A stretch of DNA of 64,000 bases, taken from positions 832,001-896,000 of the forward strand of contig CAXXXD010000003.1 of NCBI GenBank assembly GCA_963663385.2, read 5' to 3'. The notes under the pieces are model-generated. The model was not told the origin of the DNA and searched no databases. It saw nothing but the letters and a program-made list of their open reading frames with translations. Origin of the DNA: Oceanispirochaeta sp. (GTDB taxonomy: Bacteria > Spirochaetota > Spirochaetia > DSM-2461). A program made the translations under genes and the position numbers. This document shows positions 10,119-19,886 of the stretch, piece after piece (position 1 is the stretch's first letter; each line of letters starts with the position of its first letter).

Positions 10119-10272
10119 TTCTGCAGCAGGAGCCCGGTGTGCTTTTCAAACTGATTCTGTCCTTAGATCCTGTAGTTTCTCTTGCCTGTTTTGTCAGTTC
10201 CAGAGAACAGAGATTACAGAAGGTTTCAAATTTAATCAGGTCCGGTTTTAAAATGGAACCATAAGGGTATAC

Positions 10273-10309
10273 AAAAAGGGGCATATCCCTCTTCATGGGA
10301 TAGCCCCTG
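10273..10309 (-). terminator. Intrinsic terminator after htrA
   Basis: AGGGGC-TATCCC-loop-GGGATAT-GCCCCT followed by TTTT on the minus strand. Confidence 0.7.
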
Positions 10310-10338
10310 TTGATTCAAACAGTCTGCCCTATATTTTT

Positions 10339-11781
10339 TTATTTCCTTACAGTTGCTGTTAAATCCTCCCGTCCCTGTCTGTATATTGAATATTCAATAC
10401 TATCAAGCTCTTTTTTGTTTAATTTATTGTAAAAATCTTTGAGGGAACGTATTCTTTCTCCATTGATATCAGTAATTATATCTCCCTGTTTAAGCCCTGC
10501 TGAATAGGCGGAAGACCCTTCCGACACATGGGTGATAATGACACCTTTTATTCGCCTGTCCAGTTCCATTCTGCTTCGAATCTCATTATTCAGTTCAATG
10601 ACAGCGATACCGGGCCACAATCCATGCTCCTGACTGATTTCTTCTTCGGATTTTCTTTCTGATAAAGATACTATTATATTCTGTTCGTTTCCCTGGCGGA
10701 TTATTTTCAGACCAACCTGTTTTCCCGGATCTAAAGTTCCTATAACTTTCTGAAGCTGATTGCTGTTCTCTATTACTTTACCGTCAGCCTGAATAATCAG
10801 ATCTCCCGGTTTAAGCCCGTTTTTATCGGCTGGGGAATCCAAGAAAACATTGCCAATAAAAGCACCTGCCTCTTCCCGCAAGTCCATACCTTCTTCCGGC
10901 GGGGGTCCTATTGTAACACCAAGCCAGCCATATTCCACCTTCCCCTTAGAAATAAAATCATCTGTAACCTTTCTTACTTTATTAACCGGTATGGCAAAAC
11001 CGATACCGTCACTTCCTCCTGTCCGGGAAGCAATCCAGGTATTAATTCCGACAAGTTCTCCCTTCAGATTAACAAGAGCCCCTCCCGAATTTCCCGGATT
11101 AATGGAAGCATCTGTCTGGATGTATTCTGTAAAATCAGCTATCCGGCTGCCGGCTTGCGCTTCTCTTCCCAGAGCACTTATAATACCTTGCGTTACGGTC
11201 GATTCAAAACCAAGAGGATTCCCTACTGCAAAAACGATATCTCCCACCATAAGTTTTTCTGAATCTGCCGTATTCAGAACCGGTATAACCTCGGGACTTT
11301 CAAATGATACCAGAGCCAGATCTGTCCGGTTGTCTGTTCCGACCACTTTAGCTTCAAAGTTCCTGCCGTCATAAAGTCTTACACTGATTTCATCAGCATT
11401 CCCGACAACATGATTATTGGTTATAACGAAATATTTTTTTCCTTCCCTGCGGATAATTACTCCGGATCCCAGTCCCTGTTTTCTGAATTCCCTCTCTTCA
11501 GGCGGATTCTCCCCGCTGTTTCCCTGATCAGGAATAACAAAAGGCCAGGAATAACCGAAAAAATCCCGGGGAGAGAAAGTCTGTCCGGGAATCTGCTGTC
11601 TTACAATCTCAATTACATTAATCTCTACAACCGTGGGGAGAACGGTTTGTGCCACTTCCCGGTATTTATCCTGAAGAGCGTATATGTAATCATTGTCTGT
11701 AATGGAATTATCGCCAGTTTCAGCATAACCAGTACTTAAACTTATTGTTAATAATAGTATTAATAATGCTGTGTTTTTCAA
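10339..11781 (-). CDS. htrA: HtrA/DegP (Do family) serine protease with two PDZ domains
   Basis: Signal peptide, TNNHVV, DLAL, IQTDASINPGNSGG; TTG start with GGGAGG RBS. Confidence 0.95.
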   Translation of the reverse strand: MKNTALLILLLTISLSTGYAETGDNSITDNDYIYALQDKYREVAQTVLPTVVEINVIEIVRQQIPGQTFSPRDFFGYSWPFVIPDQGNSGENPPEEREFRKQGLGSGVIIRREGKKYFVITNNHVVGNADEISVRLYDGRNFEAKVVGTDNRTDLALVSFESPEVIPVLNTADSEKLMVGDIVFAVGNPLGFESTVTQGIISALGREAQAGSRIADFTEYIQTDASINPGNSGGALVNLKGELVGINTWIASRTGGSDGIGFAIPVNKVRKVTDDFISKGKVEYGWLGVTIGPPPEEGMDLREEAGAFIGNVFLDSPADKNGLKPGDLIIQADGKVIENSNQLQKVIGTLDPGKQVGLKIIRQGNEQNIIVSLSERKSEEEISQEHGLWPGIAVIELNNEIRSRMELDRRIKGVIITHVSEGSSAYSAGLKQGDIITDINGERIRSLKDFYNKLNKKELDSIEYSIYRQGREDLTATVRK

Positions 11782-11799
11782 AACTTACCTCCCGAAATA

Positions 11800-11832
11800 G
11801 AAAGAGAGGGTGATGAAATCGCCCTCTCTTTC
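11800..11832. terminator. Strong hairpin between hsp20 and htrA
   Basis: GAAAGAGAGGGTGAT-GAA-ATCGCCCTCTCTTTC. Confidence 0.6.
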
Positions 11833-11837
11833 AGTCA

Positions 11838-12197
11838 TTACTGTACTTTGACGGAAATTTTTCTCGGCTTTTCCGATTCTTTCAGTCCCAGAGTCAGCTT
11901 AACCAGACCGTTCTTTATGGTTGCTTCAATTTTGTTCCGGTCTATTGTGTCATCGATGGTGTATTCCTGATGATAATCCCCCTGTCTGATCTCTCTTATT
12001 CTGAAATCTCCCTCTTTGTTTTCAGAATTCCTTTTTCCGTCAATAATCAAAAGATCCTTGTCCACTTTAATGTCCAGATCCTCTTTGCCAACCCCCGGCA
12101 TTTCCATTGTCAGTACGACCGATCCTTCATCATGGTATATGTCCGTACAGGCGGGAAAACTTATTTTTTTGTTTTCAATTTCTCTGTTTCCGTTCAT
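11838..12197 (-). CDS. Hsp20/alpha-crystallin small heat-shock protein
   Basis: PACTDIY..EMPGVGKEDLDI..IEATIKNGLVKL..KPRKISV. Confidence 0.92.
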   Translation of the reverse strand: MNGNREIENKKISFPACTDIYHDEGSVVLTMEMPGVGKEDLDIKVDKDLLIIDGKRNSENKEGDFRIREIRQGDYHQEYTIDDTIDRNKIEATIKNGLVKLTLGLKESEKPRKISVKVQ

Positions 12198-12198
12198 C

Positions 12199-12666
12199 TT
12201 ACCCCTCCTGCTTTACATTGACACTGATCTGTTTGGGTTTCATCTCTTCTTTTTTCGGAAGAGTAACCAGAAGAATTCCGTCCTTGAGTCTGGCAGAGAT
12301 TTTTTCGGCATCCACCATAGTCGGCAGGGAAAGGGTTCTCTGAAAACTTCCGCTCCAGATTTCCTTTTTGTAGTATTTACCCTTTTTCTCTTCCCGTGAG
12401 TTTTCCTTGTTTCCCTTGATAGTCAGAACGTTGGAAGCTATGGATACATCAATATCCTTTTCTTCCAGTCCGGGGAGTTCGCAGCTTACAGTGTACTCGT
12501 TCTCTTTTTCTATAAAATCAATCGGAGGAGTCACACTGTGATCGAACAGACCTGTTGTATTGGGTAAACGGTCATAATTGAACAGCTCGTTGATCTCATT
12601 CTGCAGATCTCTCATCTCTGCCCAGGGATCATAAAGATTTTTGTTTTTCCATTTAACGATGGCCAT
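12199..12666 (-). CDS. Hsp20/alpha-crystallin small heat-shock protein
   Basis: PPIDF..ELPGLEEKDIDV..GSFQRTLSLP..ARLKDGILLV.LPK. Confidence 0.95.
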   Translation of the reverse strand: MAIVKWKNKNLYDPWAEMRDLQNEINELFNYDRLPNTTGLFDHSVTPPIDFIEKENEYTVSCELPGLEEKDIDVSIASNVLTIKGNKENSREEKKGKYYKKEIWSGSFQRTLSLPTMVDAEKISARLKDGILLVTLPKKEEMKPKQISVNVKQEG

Positions 12667-12703
12667 ATCAGCACCTCCAAAATATAATATCTATAAATAC
12701 TAT

Positions 12704-12720
12704 TACAAGAAGTGTGCCAA
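12704..12720 (-). promoter_or_regulatory. sigma54 (-24/-12) promoter of the hsp20-hsp20-htrA locus
   Basis: TTGGCACACTTCTTGTA on the minus strand (GG-N10-GT). Confidence 0.7.
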
Positions 12721-12935
12721 TTAAATAAAAGTATTGTGAAAGCGGGATAGGTTCTATTTAAAGGGATTTTCCAGTCTTTTTAAGCTGGGATAGTTGTCTT
12801 ATTGATGATCTTTTGGGATAAACTGGAATAGTGCTGCGGAGCTGTGCAGCCATAGATATGTCATTTTGAAACACTTGCCCAAAAAAATCCTGTTTGAAAT
12901 GTGTCATTTTCTCCGCAATACTATACAGTCTTAAA

Positions 12936-13700
12936 TTAATAGTTGATATATACAATCGGGTCCGGCGGTTCTTCTGCCGATTCAAGAGCTTGGGCATTTA
13001 ATCCGGCGAATTCTTTTCCTTCCGAATCAATCAGTGTCACCTCTCCTTTTACGCGGATCCATTCATTTTCGGGATAATTCTCCGCTTCTTCGGGCATTCT
13101 AACCAGCAGTCCCGCAGGAAAGGCATCCGCTGCGCAGCAGGAGGAGAAGAAACGGAACAGACAGATTGTATCCGGTGGCAGCTCAGGATAGTTTCCCACC
13201 ATGCCAACGATGGAGACTGTCGACCCGAGCAAATCGTCTGAATGGTCCAGAAGTTCAATCATTTCCAGGTCACCATTGCTATCCGTCTTATAGATCTGTT
13301 CAGCTGTTTCTGTCTGGTCGACCACTGATTCCGCAGTAGACCCGGCATCAGCTTCTGCACTGTCTACCGTATTGCTCAGGGCCCTTTTATCCAGAATATC
13401 AGCGCCAAGGGATTCATCCAGGGAAAAGGGGAGAAGAATGGCCGGAATAAAGAGAAAAAACATTTTTCTCAGGCTCAATTTATCCATGCTGAAACGGCAG
13501 TATCCCGCTAAAGCTGTTATTTTATTCAAAAAGAAAAGAATAAAAGCTCCGAAGCTCATCCAGAGCAGCCACCAGTAACGGGGGCTCAACAGACGTATGA
13601 TAAGTTTTGTTTCTCCGCTGTTTTTCATTAGCAGAAATCCGATTATTACAACCCAGAGTAAATCAAAAAAAGCGGCTGTTAATAGATTTTTTCTATTCAT
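12936..13700 (-). CDS. TIGR03943/YcgQ-like (DUF1980) putative permease partner
   Basis: N-terminal TM helices, RFFSSCCAADAFPAG, WIRVKG, C-terminal EPPDPIVY. Confidence 0.8.
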   Translation of the reverse strand: MNRKNLLTAAFFDLLWVVIIGFLLMKNSGETKLIIRLLSPRYWWLLWMSFGAFILFFLNKITALAGYCRFSMDKLSLRKMFFLFIPAILLPFSLDESLGADILDKRALSNTVDSAEADAGSTAESVVDQTETAEQIYKTDSNGDLEMIELLDHSDDLLGSTVSIVGMVGNYPELPPDTICLFRFFSSCCAADAFPAGLLVRMPEEAENYPENEWIRVKGEVTLIDSEGKEFAGLNAQALESAEEPPDPIVYINY

Positions 13701-14770
13701 AGTCCGAAAAATCCCCCCCAGTTCAATAGGCTGATGATCAAGGTTGCGCAGGATGTAAAAAGAGTCACTGCCGCGAATAGAAATACGCTGGTTCTTCGGA
13801 AGAACAGAGACTGGTACATGGCAAGGAGTTTAAGGTCCATCATCGGTCCGTAGACTAAAAAAGAGAAAATCGCCGCTCCCGGGATAATACTCCTGAAACT
13901 GGCCCCTACAAAAGCATCGGCTTCACTGCAGAGGTTCAGAGCGAAAGCGCCTCCCATCATAAAAAGAGAAGAAAGGCCTTCATGGTTGAACAGTCCCTGG
14001 AGAGCTTTGAAATTGAAAAGGCTTCTGGAGAGGGAGGCGGCACAGATCCCGGTAATAAAATAGGGTGCAATATGAAGAAATTCATTCCAGCTGTGAGCCG
14101 TCAGTCTGAACAGCTCTCTGAGAAATGATTTGTCTTCCCCGCTGGTTTGTTCTATTTCATGGTCATGGCCGCAGCCGCATGTTTCATGGGTGTGATTATG
14201 CCCGCAACTGCAACTGCCGACGCTCTCCGCGGAAGTCTTGATAATTTTATCCTTAAGGATAAAATCTGTTGAAAGACCTATCATAACAGATACCATATAA
14301 CCGGTCAGAAGACGGAGGCCGGCGGCCTGCCATGATCCGTTAAAGGCCAGATAAGTGGAGAGTCCAACTACCGGATTTACAATCGGAACTGAGAGGAGAA
14401 AGGTTATACCCATAGCAGGGGGCATTCCCTTTCTGATGAGACTCTTTACCACCGGGACTATGGCGCATTCGCAAACAGGAAAAACAATACCCGCAAGCGC
14501 AGACAGAAAGAAGCCTGATATACGGTGTCCTTCCGAGAGCTTAAGGAGGATACTACTGTCCAGGTATGTTTCGATCAGACTTCCAACCAGGCAGCCGATC
14601 AATACAAAGCCAAGGGATTCAAAGAATACTGATGTTGTATAAAGGGAAAATTCCCTAACCCAGTTGGTGTTTATGGTCTTCAAAACTGTTAAACATATAA
14701 CAGTAATCAATCCGGTCAGGAATACAGGAAACATCTTCTCCTTCCGGGGGTTGGTGTTTTCAAATATCAC
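13697..14770 (-). CDS. DUF318/YcgR-like permease with His/Cys-rich loop
   Basis: FPVCECAIVP, PIVNPV, LCSEADAFV, GPMMDLK; loop CSCGHNHTHETCGCGHDH. Confidence 0.88.
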   Translation of the reverse strand: MIFENTNPRKEKMFPVFLTGLITVICLTVLKTINTNWVREFSLYTTSVFFESLGFVLIGCLVGSLIETYLDSSILLKLSEGHRISGFFLSALAGIVFPVCECAIVPVVKSLIRKGMPPAMGITFLLSVPIVNPVVGLSTYLAFNGSWQAAGLRLLTGYMVSVMIGLSTDFILKDKIIKTSAESVGSCSCGHNHTHETCGCGHDHEIEQTSGEDKSFLRELFRLTAHSWNEFLHIAPYFITGICAASLSRSLFNFKALQGLFNHEGLSSLFMMGGAFALNLCSEADAFVGASFRSIIPGAAIFSFLVYGPMMDLKLLAMYQSLFFRRTSVFLFAAVTLFTSCATLIISLLNWGGFFGL

Positions 14771-14858
14771 TATATGTTCTCCAATGAATGATTGACTTTA
14801 CAAAAGCAGTACAACTGCTTTATACAGGTGAGAAAAAGGGAATAGACTAATTAAATCT

Positions 14859-15728
14859 TTATTCCAGTCTTTTACGGTTGTAAATAGAATAACGGGGGAG
14901 CCCTGTTACTAATCTGGCTGCCATATACAGAAAACCGCCGGTTAATACAGTCGTCGAACCAGTGGGCAGTTTCAGGATATAACTGAGAATCAGACCCATC
15001 GTCGTAATAGCTGCGCATAAGAACCCTGAAATAAGGATCATCGTCTTCATGCGTTTACAGAAGATACCGGCAATTGCCGGTGGAATGGTCAACAATGCGA
15101 TAACCATAACGATTCCAACTGTAGTAATCATAAGAATAACTGTAAGGGAGATCAGCATAACCAGTACAATTTCAAAAAAAGAACTGTTGATTCCCCGGGT
15201 TCGGGCAAATTCTCCATCAAAGGATACTGCCAGGAATTGATTGAACAGTATAACGCTGACTCCTGTGACAGGAACATTTAACAAGGCTATCATCCCAAGT
15301 GTTTTTCGGGAAATAAGAAGAATATTACCGAACAGATAGCTCATGGGATCGATGTAGTCGGGGGTCAGGTAGATAAAGATCAGACCTATTGACATTCCAA
15401 CAGCCCAAATTGTTCCGATTGTAGTATCCAGCCGCTCTTTCTTCCTTACAAGATTAATACTGATAATAAACCCGGAGCTCAGGGAAAAGAGCAGGGCCCC
15501 TCCAAGGGGGGATAGAAAACCAAGCCCCATTACGGTGTTAAGGTAAAGGGCCATGCCGATACCGCCCAAAGCCGTGTGACTGACTGCTCCGGCGATATAA
15601 CTCATACGTTTGACAACGACAAAAGAACCGATAATGCCGAAAGGGGCGCTGGACAGCAGACCGGCAATCAGTGCGTAACGGATAAACGGAACCTGGGGAT
15701 TTGTCAGGGCATTGAAAAAATCTAACAT
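14859..15728 (-). CDS. znuB: Zn/Mn ABC transporter permease
   Basis: GSFVVVKRMSYIAGAVSHTALGG, YLFGNIL, FDGEFA, VGIVMVIALLTIP. Confidence 0.9.
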   Translation of the reverse strand: MLDFFNALTNPQVPFIRYALIAGLLSSAPFGIIGSFVVVKRMSYIAGAVSHTALGGIGMALYLNTVMGLGFLSPLGGALLFSLSSGFIISINLVRKKERLDTTIGTIWAVGMSIGLIFIYLTPDYIDPMSYLFGNILLISRKTLGMIALLNVPVTGVSVILFNQFLAVSFDGEFARTRGINSSFFEIVLVMLISLTVILMITTVGIVMVIALLTIPPAIAGIFCKRMKTMILISGFLCAAITTMGLILSYILKLPTGSTTVLTGGFLYMAARLVTGLPRYSIYNRKRLE

Positions 15729-16456
15729 GTTGAATCCTGATTCTGAGGTTGTATATTTAAATCATGTCGGACTATCCGGCTGTGCTGTCCGTAAGCAGAA
15801 GCAATCACATTACCGAAATTGCTGTCAACCGGATGTTCCTTAAGCTTCCTGTTTACGCAGAAAACCCTGTCTGTGATATCTGATACGAATGAGGTGTCAT
15901 GAGTCACCAGGAGGATTGTCATCTTTTTACCGAGATTTTTAATAAGACTGTAAAGCTGGTTACCTGCCATAGGATCAATACTGGAGGTCGGCTCATCAAG
16001 AAGCAGGATATCCTTGTCGGAAACCAGAGCACGGGCGATAAGCATTCTCTGTGTCTGTCCACCGGATAAAGCATTGACAGATTTATTTCTTATTGATGAA
16101 AGGCCGACATTTTCCAGGCTTTTTTCAGCCATAATACGATCCGTCCTGGAATAGAACCCGAATCGGTGTACAAGGCCGGAAAGGACTACATCGAACACGG
16201 TCATGGGAAAATGCCGATCGAAGCCGGCATGCTGGGGAACATATCCGATATTACCCCTTACCTGAAGCGCTCCTCTGTCCGGCTTTATCAGCCCGATCAT
16301 CAAACGGAGGAGAGTGGACTTCCCCCCTCCGTTAGGTCCGATTATCGTAATAATCTCGTTATCATATATTGAGAAATTGATGTCCTCAAGGACATTCTCC
16401 TTACTGTTGCCATAGGAGAATGAGAGTTCCCGGACAGAAATTCGAACCCTTGCCAT
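15722..16456 (-). CDS. znuC: Zn/Mn ABC transporter ATP-binding protein
   Basis: GPNGGGKST, IGYVPQ, LSGGQTQR, LLDEPT, VTHD. Confidence 0.9.
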   Translation of the reverse strand: MARVRISVRELSFSYGNSKENVLEDINFSIYDNEIITIIGPNGGGKSTLLRLMIGLIKPDRGALQVRGNIGYVPQHAGFDRHFPMTVFDVVLSGLVHRFGFYSRTDRIMAEKSLENVGLSSIRNKSVNALSGGQTQRMLIARALVSDKDILLLDEPTSSIDPMAGNQLYSLIKNLGKKMTILLVTHDTSFVSDITDRVFCVNRKLKEHPVDSNFGNVIASAYGQHSRIVRHDLNIQPQNQDSTC

Positions 16457-16459
16457 ATC

Positions 16460-17347
16460 CTACTCGAAAGCCTTTTGAACTTCATCCGATATGGCTTTCA
16501 GATTATTTATATAGTCGGGATTAAGCGGATTGAGCATAACAACAGTTCCTTCTATCGCTTCGGCTATCGCCCGGGCGCTGGATCTGGAGAACTCCGGTTG
16601 GACAAAGATGATTTTTACATTCTGTTCCTTTGCCTCCCTGATAATTTCCTCCAGTTTGGAGGGAACGGGTTCCTTTCCGCCGATTTCTATCGCGATCTGG
16701 GTTAATTCGTAATCTTCAGCAAAATATCCGAAGGCGGGATGAAAAACAAAGAATTTGCTTCCGGAGCAGGGGGCCAGAGCAGCGCTCAGTTCGGCATCCA
16801 GATTCTCCAGCTCATTCAAAAGAGCGGTGTATCCCCTGGTATATTCCTGTTCCCCCGCAGGGTCTTTCAGGAGTAGGGCGTTGTATATATTTTCCGCCTG
16901 GATTTTAACCAGCCGGACAGAAAGCCAGATATGAGGATCTTTTGCAGCTTCATTAAGGTTCCGTTTTTGAATACCCGCCGACGTATCTACGATTTGCAGG
17001 GAATCCAATGTGCTTTCAATTGCCGGTAGAAAAGCCTTTTCAAAAGGTACTCCTATGGTAAACAGAATATCTGACGAACCTAGGTCTTCAATCTGATGAG
17101 GGCTGGGCTCATAGGTAGCCGGACTCTTGCCGGGGCCGACAAGTACTTCTACCTGAACACGGCTGCCGCCGATTTTCTCTACAAAATATTTCTGCGGAAG
17201 AATACTTGTAAAAACAGCAAGAGGTTTTGCAATCCTATTCTCCCGGTTGTTACTTTCAGTATCCTGTTGTCCTCCGGCATTAATGGAAAAAGTCAACATA
17301 AGACCTATAATAAGATTTAAGGCTATTCGATAATTGATCCTGGTCAT
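16460..17347 (-). CDS. znuA: Zn ABC transporter substrate-binding protein
   Basis: SPATYEP, DPHIWLS, FHPAFGYF, IFVQPEF; spirochaete-like signal peptide (AGGQQD). Confidence 0.88.
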   Translation of the reverse strand: MTRINYRIALNLIIGLMLTFSINAGGQQDTESNNRENRIAKPLAVFTSILPQKYFVEKIGGSRVQVEVLVGPGKSPATYEPSPHQIEDLGSSDILFTIGVPFEKAFLPAIESTLDSLQIVDTSAGIQKRNLNEAAKDPHIWLSVRLVKIQAENIYNALLLKDPAGEQEYTRGYTALLNELENLDAELSAALAPCSGSKFFVFHPAFGYFAEDYELTQIAIEIGGKEPVPSKLEEIIREAKEQNVKIIFVQPEFSRSSARAIAEAIEGTVVMLNPLNPDYINNLKAISDEVQKAFE

Positions 17348-17374
17348 ATAAATGCTCCTAGTAGTTTGATTAGA

Positions 17375-17623
17375 TCAGAACTGATCGCATGTTAGATAGA
17401 CAGAGTTGCAATCCGTGCATTCTGCCAGGTGATGATGCCGGCTGAACGACTCCCAATGATCCTTCTGGCAGGTATTCAGCATCCCCGATCCGTTGCAGAG
17501 GGGACATGTGTTATCCAGGGATTTCAGTATGGAGTTCCGTATAAACTCTGATCGGTTGGGAATCCTGTTAAGAAGATTGAATAACTGTTCATCAACTTTG
17601 AATGTAACTATTTGTTCCTTCAT
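17375..17623 (-). CDS. Ribbon-helix-helix (CopG-like) regulator with C-terminal Cys/His metal-binding domain
   Basis: IVTFKVDEQL..L..IPNRSEFIRNSI RHH pattern; CPLC..C...H...HHH..ECTDC..C; first gene of the znu operon. Confidence 0.8.
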   Translation of the reverse strand: MKEQIVTFKVDEQLFNLLNRIPNRSEFIRNSILKSLDNTCPLCNGSGMLNTCQKDHWESFSRHHHLAECTDCNSVYLTCDQF

Positions 17624-17640
17624 AATCGTATCCTTTAATA

Positions 17641-17698
17641 GTATTACTTAGTATTACCTTATGGTGTCAGAGTAATACTAAGTAATACGTTTTGTCAA
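17641..17698 (-). promoter_or_regulatory. Operator (17-bp inverted repeat, four heptamers) overlapping the promoter of the RHH-znu operon
   Basis: GTATTACTTAGTATTAC-N14-GTAATACTAAGTAATAC; minus-strand TTGACA at 17698-17693. Confidence 0.85.
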
Positions 17699-17753
17699 CA
17701 ACTCAGGAGAAAAGATAAAAGTGTAAGCGGCCGGTGACCGGGAGCAATCTATC

Positions 17754-18683
17754 CTAACTGCAACGACGCTGCAATTCCTCCCACTTCCGGTCTATATCTT
17801 TTTGAAGAGATTCGATAAGAGTTTCGTTCCCCTTAGTAAAAAGGTGCTTAAACCTGCCCTGAGGTTTGAGAAAATCCTCAATAGGCAGTTTCTTCCCAGG
17901 CCTGTAGTTCAGTTTCCAGACACCGTCTTCAACCTCATACAGGGGCCAGAAGCAGGTTTCTACGGCAAGGCGGCACATCTCCATCAGATCCTCCGCCGGA
18001 TAGCGCCATCCCCTGGGACAGGGGGCCAGCACATTCATAAAGGCGGCCCCTTCGGTATACAGAGCCTTTTCCGCCTTAACATGCAGATCCTTGAAGGTTT
18101 TAAGAAAAGTGGTCTGGGCCACATAGGGAATATTATGGTTTGCCATAATCCCCGTAAGATCCTTCCGGCACTGGGGCTTCCCGTTTGATTCGATCCCCGA
18201 AGGGGTCGTTGTGGTATCCGCATACCGGGGGGTAGCCGATGATCTTTGGATCCCCGTATTCATATAAGCGCCGTTGTCATAGCAGACATAGACCATATCA
18301 TGGTTCCGTTCCATGGCTCCCGACAGGGACTGAAAGCCGATATCCGCCGTTCCGCCGTCACCGCCGAAGGCGATAAATTTGTAGTCACCATTTATTTTTT
18401 TCTTTCGTTTCAGAGCATTATAGGCCGCTTCGACACCGCTGACAGTCGCCCCCGCATTTTCAAAGGCGTTATGTATAAAGGAGTCCTGCCACGCTGTATA
18501 GGGGTACATGAAAGTGGAGACTTCCAGACATCCTGTGGCGCATCCGACTACAGCTTTATCTTCCTCCTTCAGAGCCCGCATAATGCCCCTGACGGCAACA
18601 GGAGCGCCGCAACCGGCACACATCCGGTGCCCCCCCTTGAGCCTTTCCGGTTTTTCCAGTTCCTTTTTTAAACTGTAAGCCAT
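17754..18683 (-). CDS. porB: Pyruvate/2-oxoacid:ferredoxin oxidoreductase beta subunit (TPP-binding)
   Basis: GHRMCAGCG, ATGCLEV, GGDGG..DIG, YDNGAYMNTG, PCPRGW. Confidence 0.95.
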   Translation of the reverse strand: MAYSLKKELEKPERLKGGHRMCAGCGAPVAVRGIMRALKEEDKAVVGCATGCLEVSTFMYPYTAWQDSFIHNAFENAGATVSGVEAAYNALKRKKKINGDYKFIAFGGDGGTADIGFQSLSGAMERNHDMVYVCYDNGAYMNTGIQRSSATPRYADTTTTPSGIESNGKPQCRKDLTGIMANHNIPYVAQTTFLKTFKDLHVKAEKALYTEGAAFMNVLAPCPRGWRYPAEDLMEMCRLAVETCFWPLYEVEDGVWKLNYRPGKKLPIEDFLKPQGRFKHLFTKGNETLIESLQKDIDRKWEELQRRCS

Positions 18684-19876
18684 TATTTATCCTCCTTGTC
18701 TCTGAGAGAGAGGTATCTGTAGGTTTCTCCGGTCTGTCCGGATTCGATAATATCAAACAGAGCCCTGTAAACGTCTTCGATGTTCTCGACCCTCACATCC
18801 CTTCCGCCTATACCGTAAATGTAGTTGACCAGTTTTGGCGCAGGGGAAACCCCGAACAGGGCGGAACGGATTTCGGCATTTAACGGACCGCCCTGGTTGC
18901 TGAAACTGTCGCATCTGTCCATTACGGCAACAGCCTTTACATGTTTCAAAGCATCTGCTATCTCTTCCGCCGGAAAGGGGCGGAAAAAGCGGATCTTAAG
19001 GAGACCTGCTTTTTTCCCATCCGCCCTCATTCTGTCAACGGCATCTTTTGCTGTGCCCGCTGCCGAGTTGATTACGACAATCGCCGCTTCGGCATCTTCC
19101 AGTTTGTACTCTTCAAACAGGCCGTATTTTCTTCCTGTTATTTCTTCAAATTCTTCGGCTATTTCCAGGGCGATTTTTTTAGCGTTTCTCATCCCCTCAG
19201 CCTGCAGCCTTTTGTGCTCCATATAGTAGGCGGGAATATCATAAGGTCCTATGGACATGGCGCACTTATCATCCAAGAGAAAATTGTCAGGCAGATAATC
19301 TCCAACAAAATCTTTTACTGCCTTGTCATCGGCTATTTCGATATTCTCTACAGCATGGCTGGTAATAAAACCGTCCTGGCATACCATTACAGGCAGTCTG
19401 ACATCCCTGTGCTCTCCCAGGCGAACTGCCTGGATAAAATTATCATAGGCTTCCTGGTTATTCTCCGAATAGATCTGAATCCAGCCCGCATCACGGGAAC
19501 CCATGCTGTCTGAATGATCCGCATTGATATTTATCGGACCCGAAAGGGCCCTGTTTACAACAGCCATGGTTACGGGAAGACGGTTGGAGGCTGCGATATA
19601 CAGAATCTCATGCATCAGGGCCAGGCCGCAGGAGGATGTGGCGGTCATGGTACGGGCTCCAGCCGCCTGGGATCCTACGCAGGCTGACATAGCGCTGTGT
19701 TCGCTTTCAACAGGAACAAACTCCGTGCTAACCAGTCCGTCAGCCAGGTATTTGGCATAATACTGGGGGATTTCTGTTGATGGTGTAATGGGAAAGGCCG
19801 CCACTACATCCGGTTCTATCTGCCTCATTGCCGTGGCAATGGCTTCATTTCCTGATAGTCTGTCTCTCTTGGGCAT
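18683..19876 (-). CDS. porA: Pyruvate/2-oxoacid:ferredoxin oxidoreductase alpha subunit
   Basis: SGNEAIA, AFPITPST, VESEHSAMS, NRALSGPINI.ADHSD. Confidence 0.95.
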   Translation of the reverse strand: MPKRDRLSGNEAIATAMRQIEPDVVAAFPITPSTEIPQYYAKYLADGLVSTEFVPVESEHSAMSACVGSQAAGARTMTATSSCGLALMHEILYIAASNRLPVTMAVVNRALSGPININADHSDSMGSRDAGWIQIYSENNQEAYDNFIQAVRLGEHRDVRLPVMVCQDGFITSHAVENIEIADDKAVKDFVGDYLPDNFLLDDKCAMSIGPYDIPAYYMEHKRLQAEGMRNAKKIALEIAEEFEEITGRKYGLFEEYKLEDAEAAIVVINSAAGTAKDAVDRMRADGKKAGLLKIRFFRPFPAEEIADALKHVKAVAVMDRCDSFSNQGGPLNAEIRSALFGVSPAPKLVNYIYGIGGRDVRVENIEDVYRALFDIIESGQTGETYRYLSLRDKEDK

Positions 19877-19886
19877 TCTGTTCTCC

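Noticed and set aside
10063..10296. 77-aa minus-strand ORF or remnant (LKPDL..LELTKQARETTGSKDRISLKSTPG) downstream of htrA
   Set aside because: Starts inside the htrA terminator and resembles both methyltransferase and HATPase tails only vaguely; cannot be assigned without BLASTX
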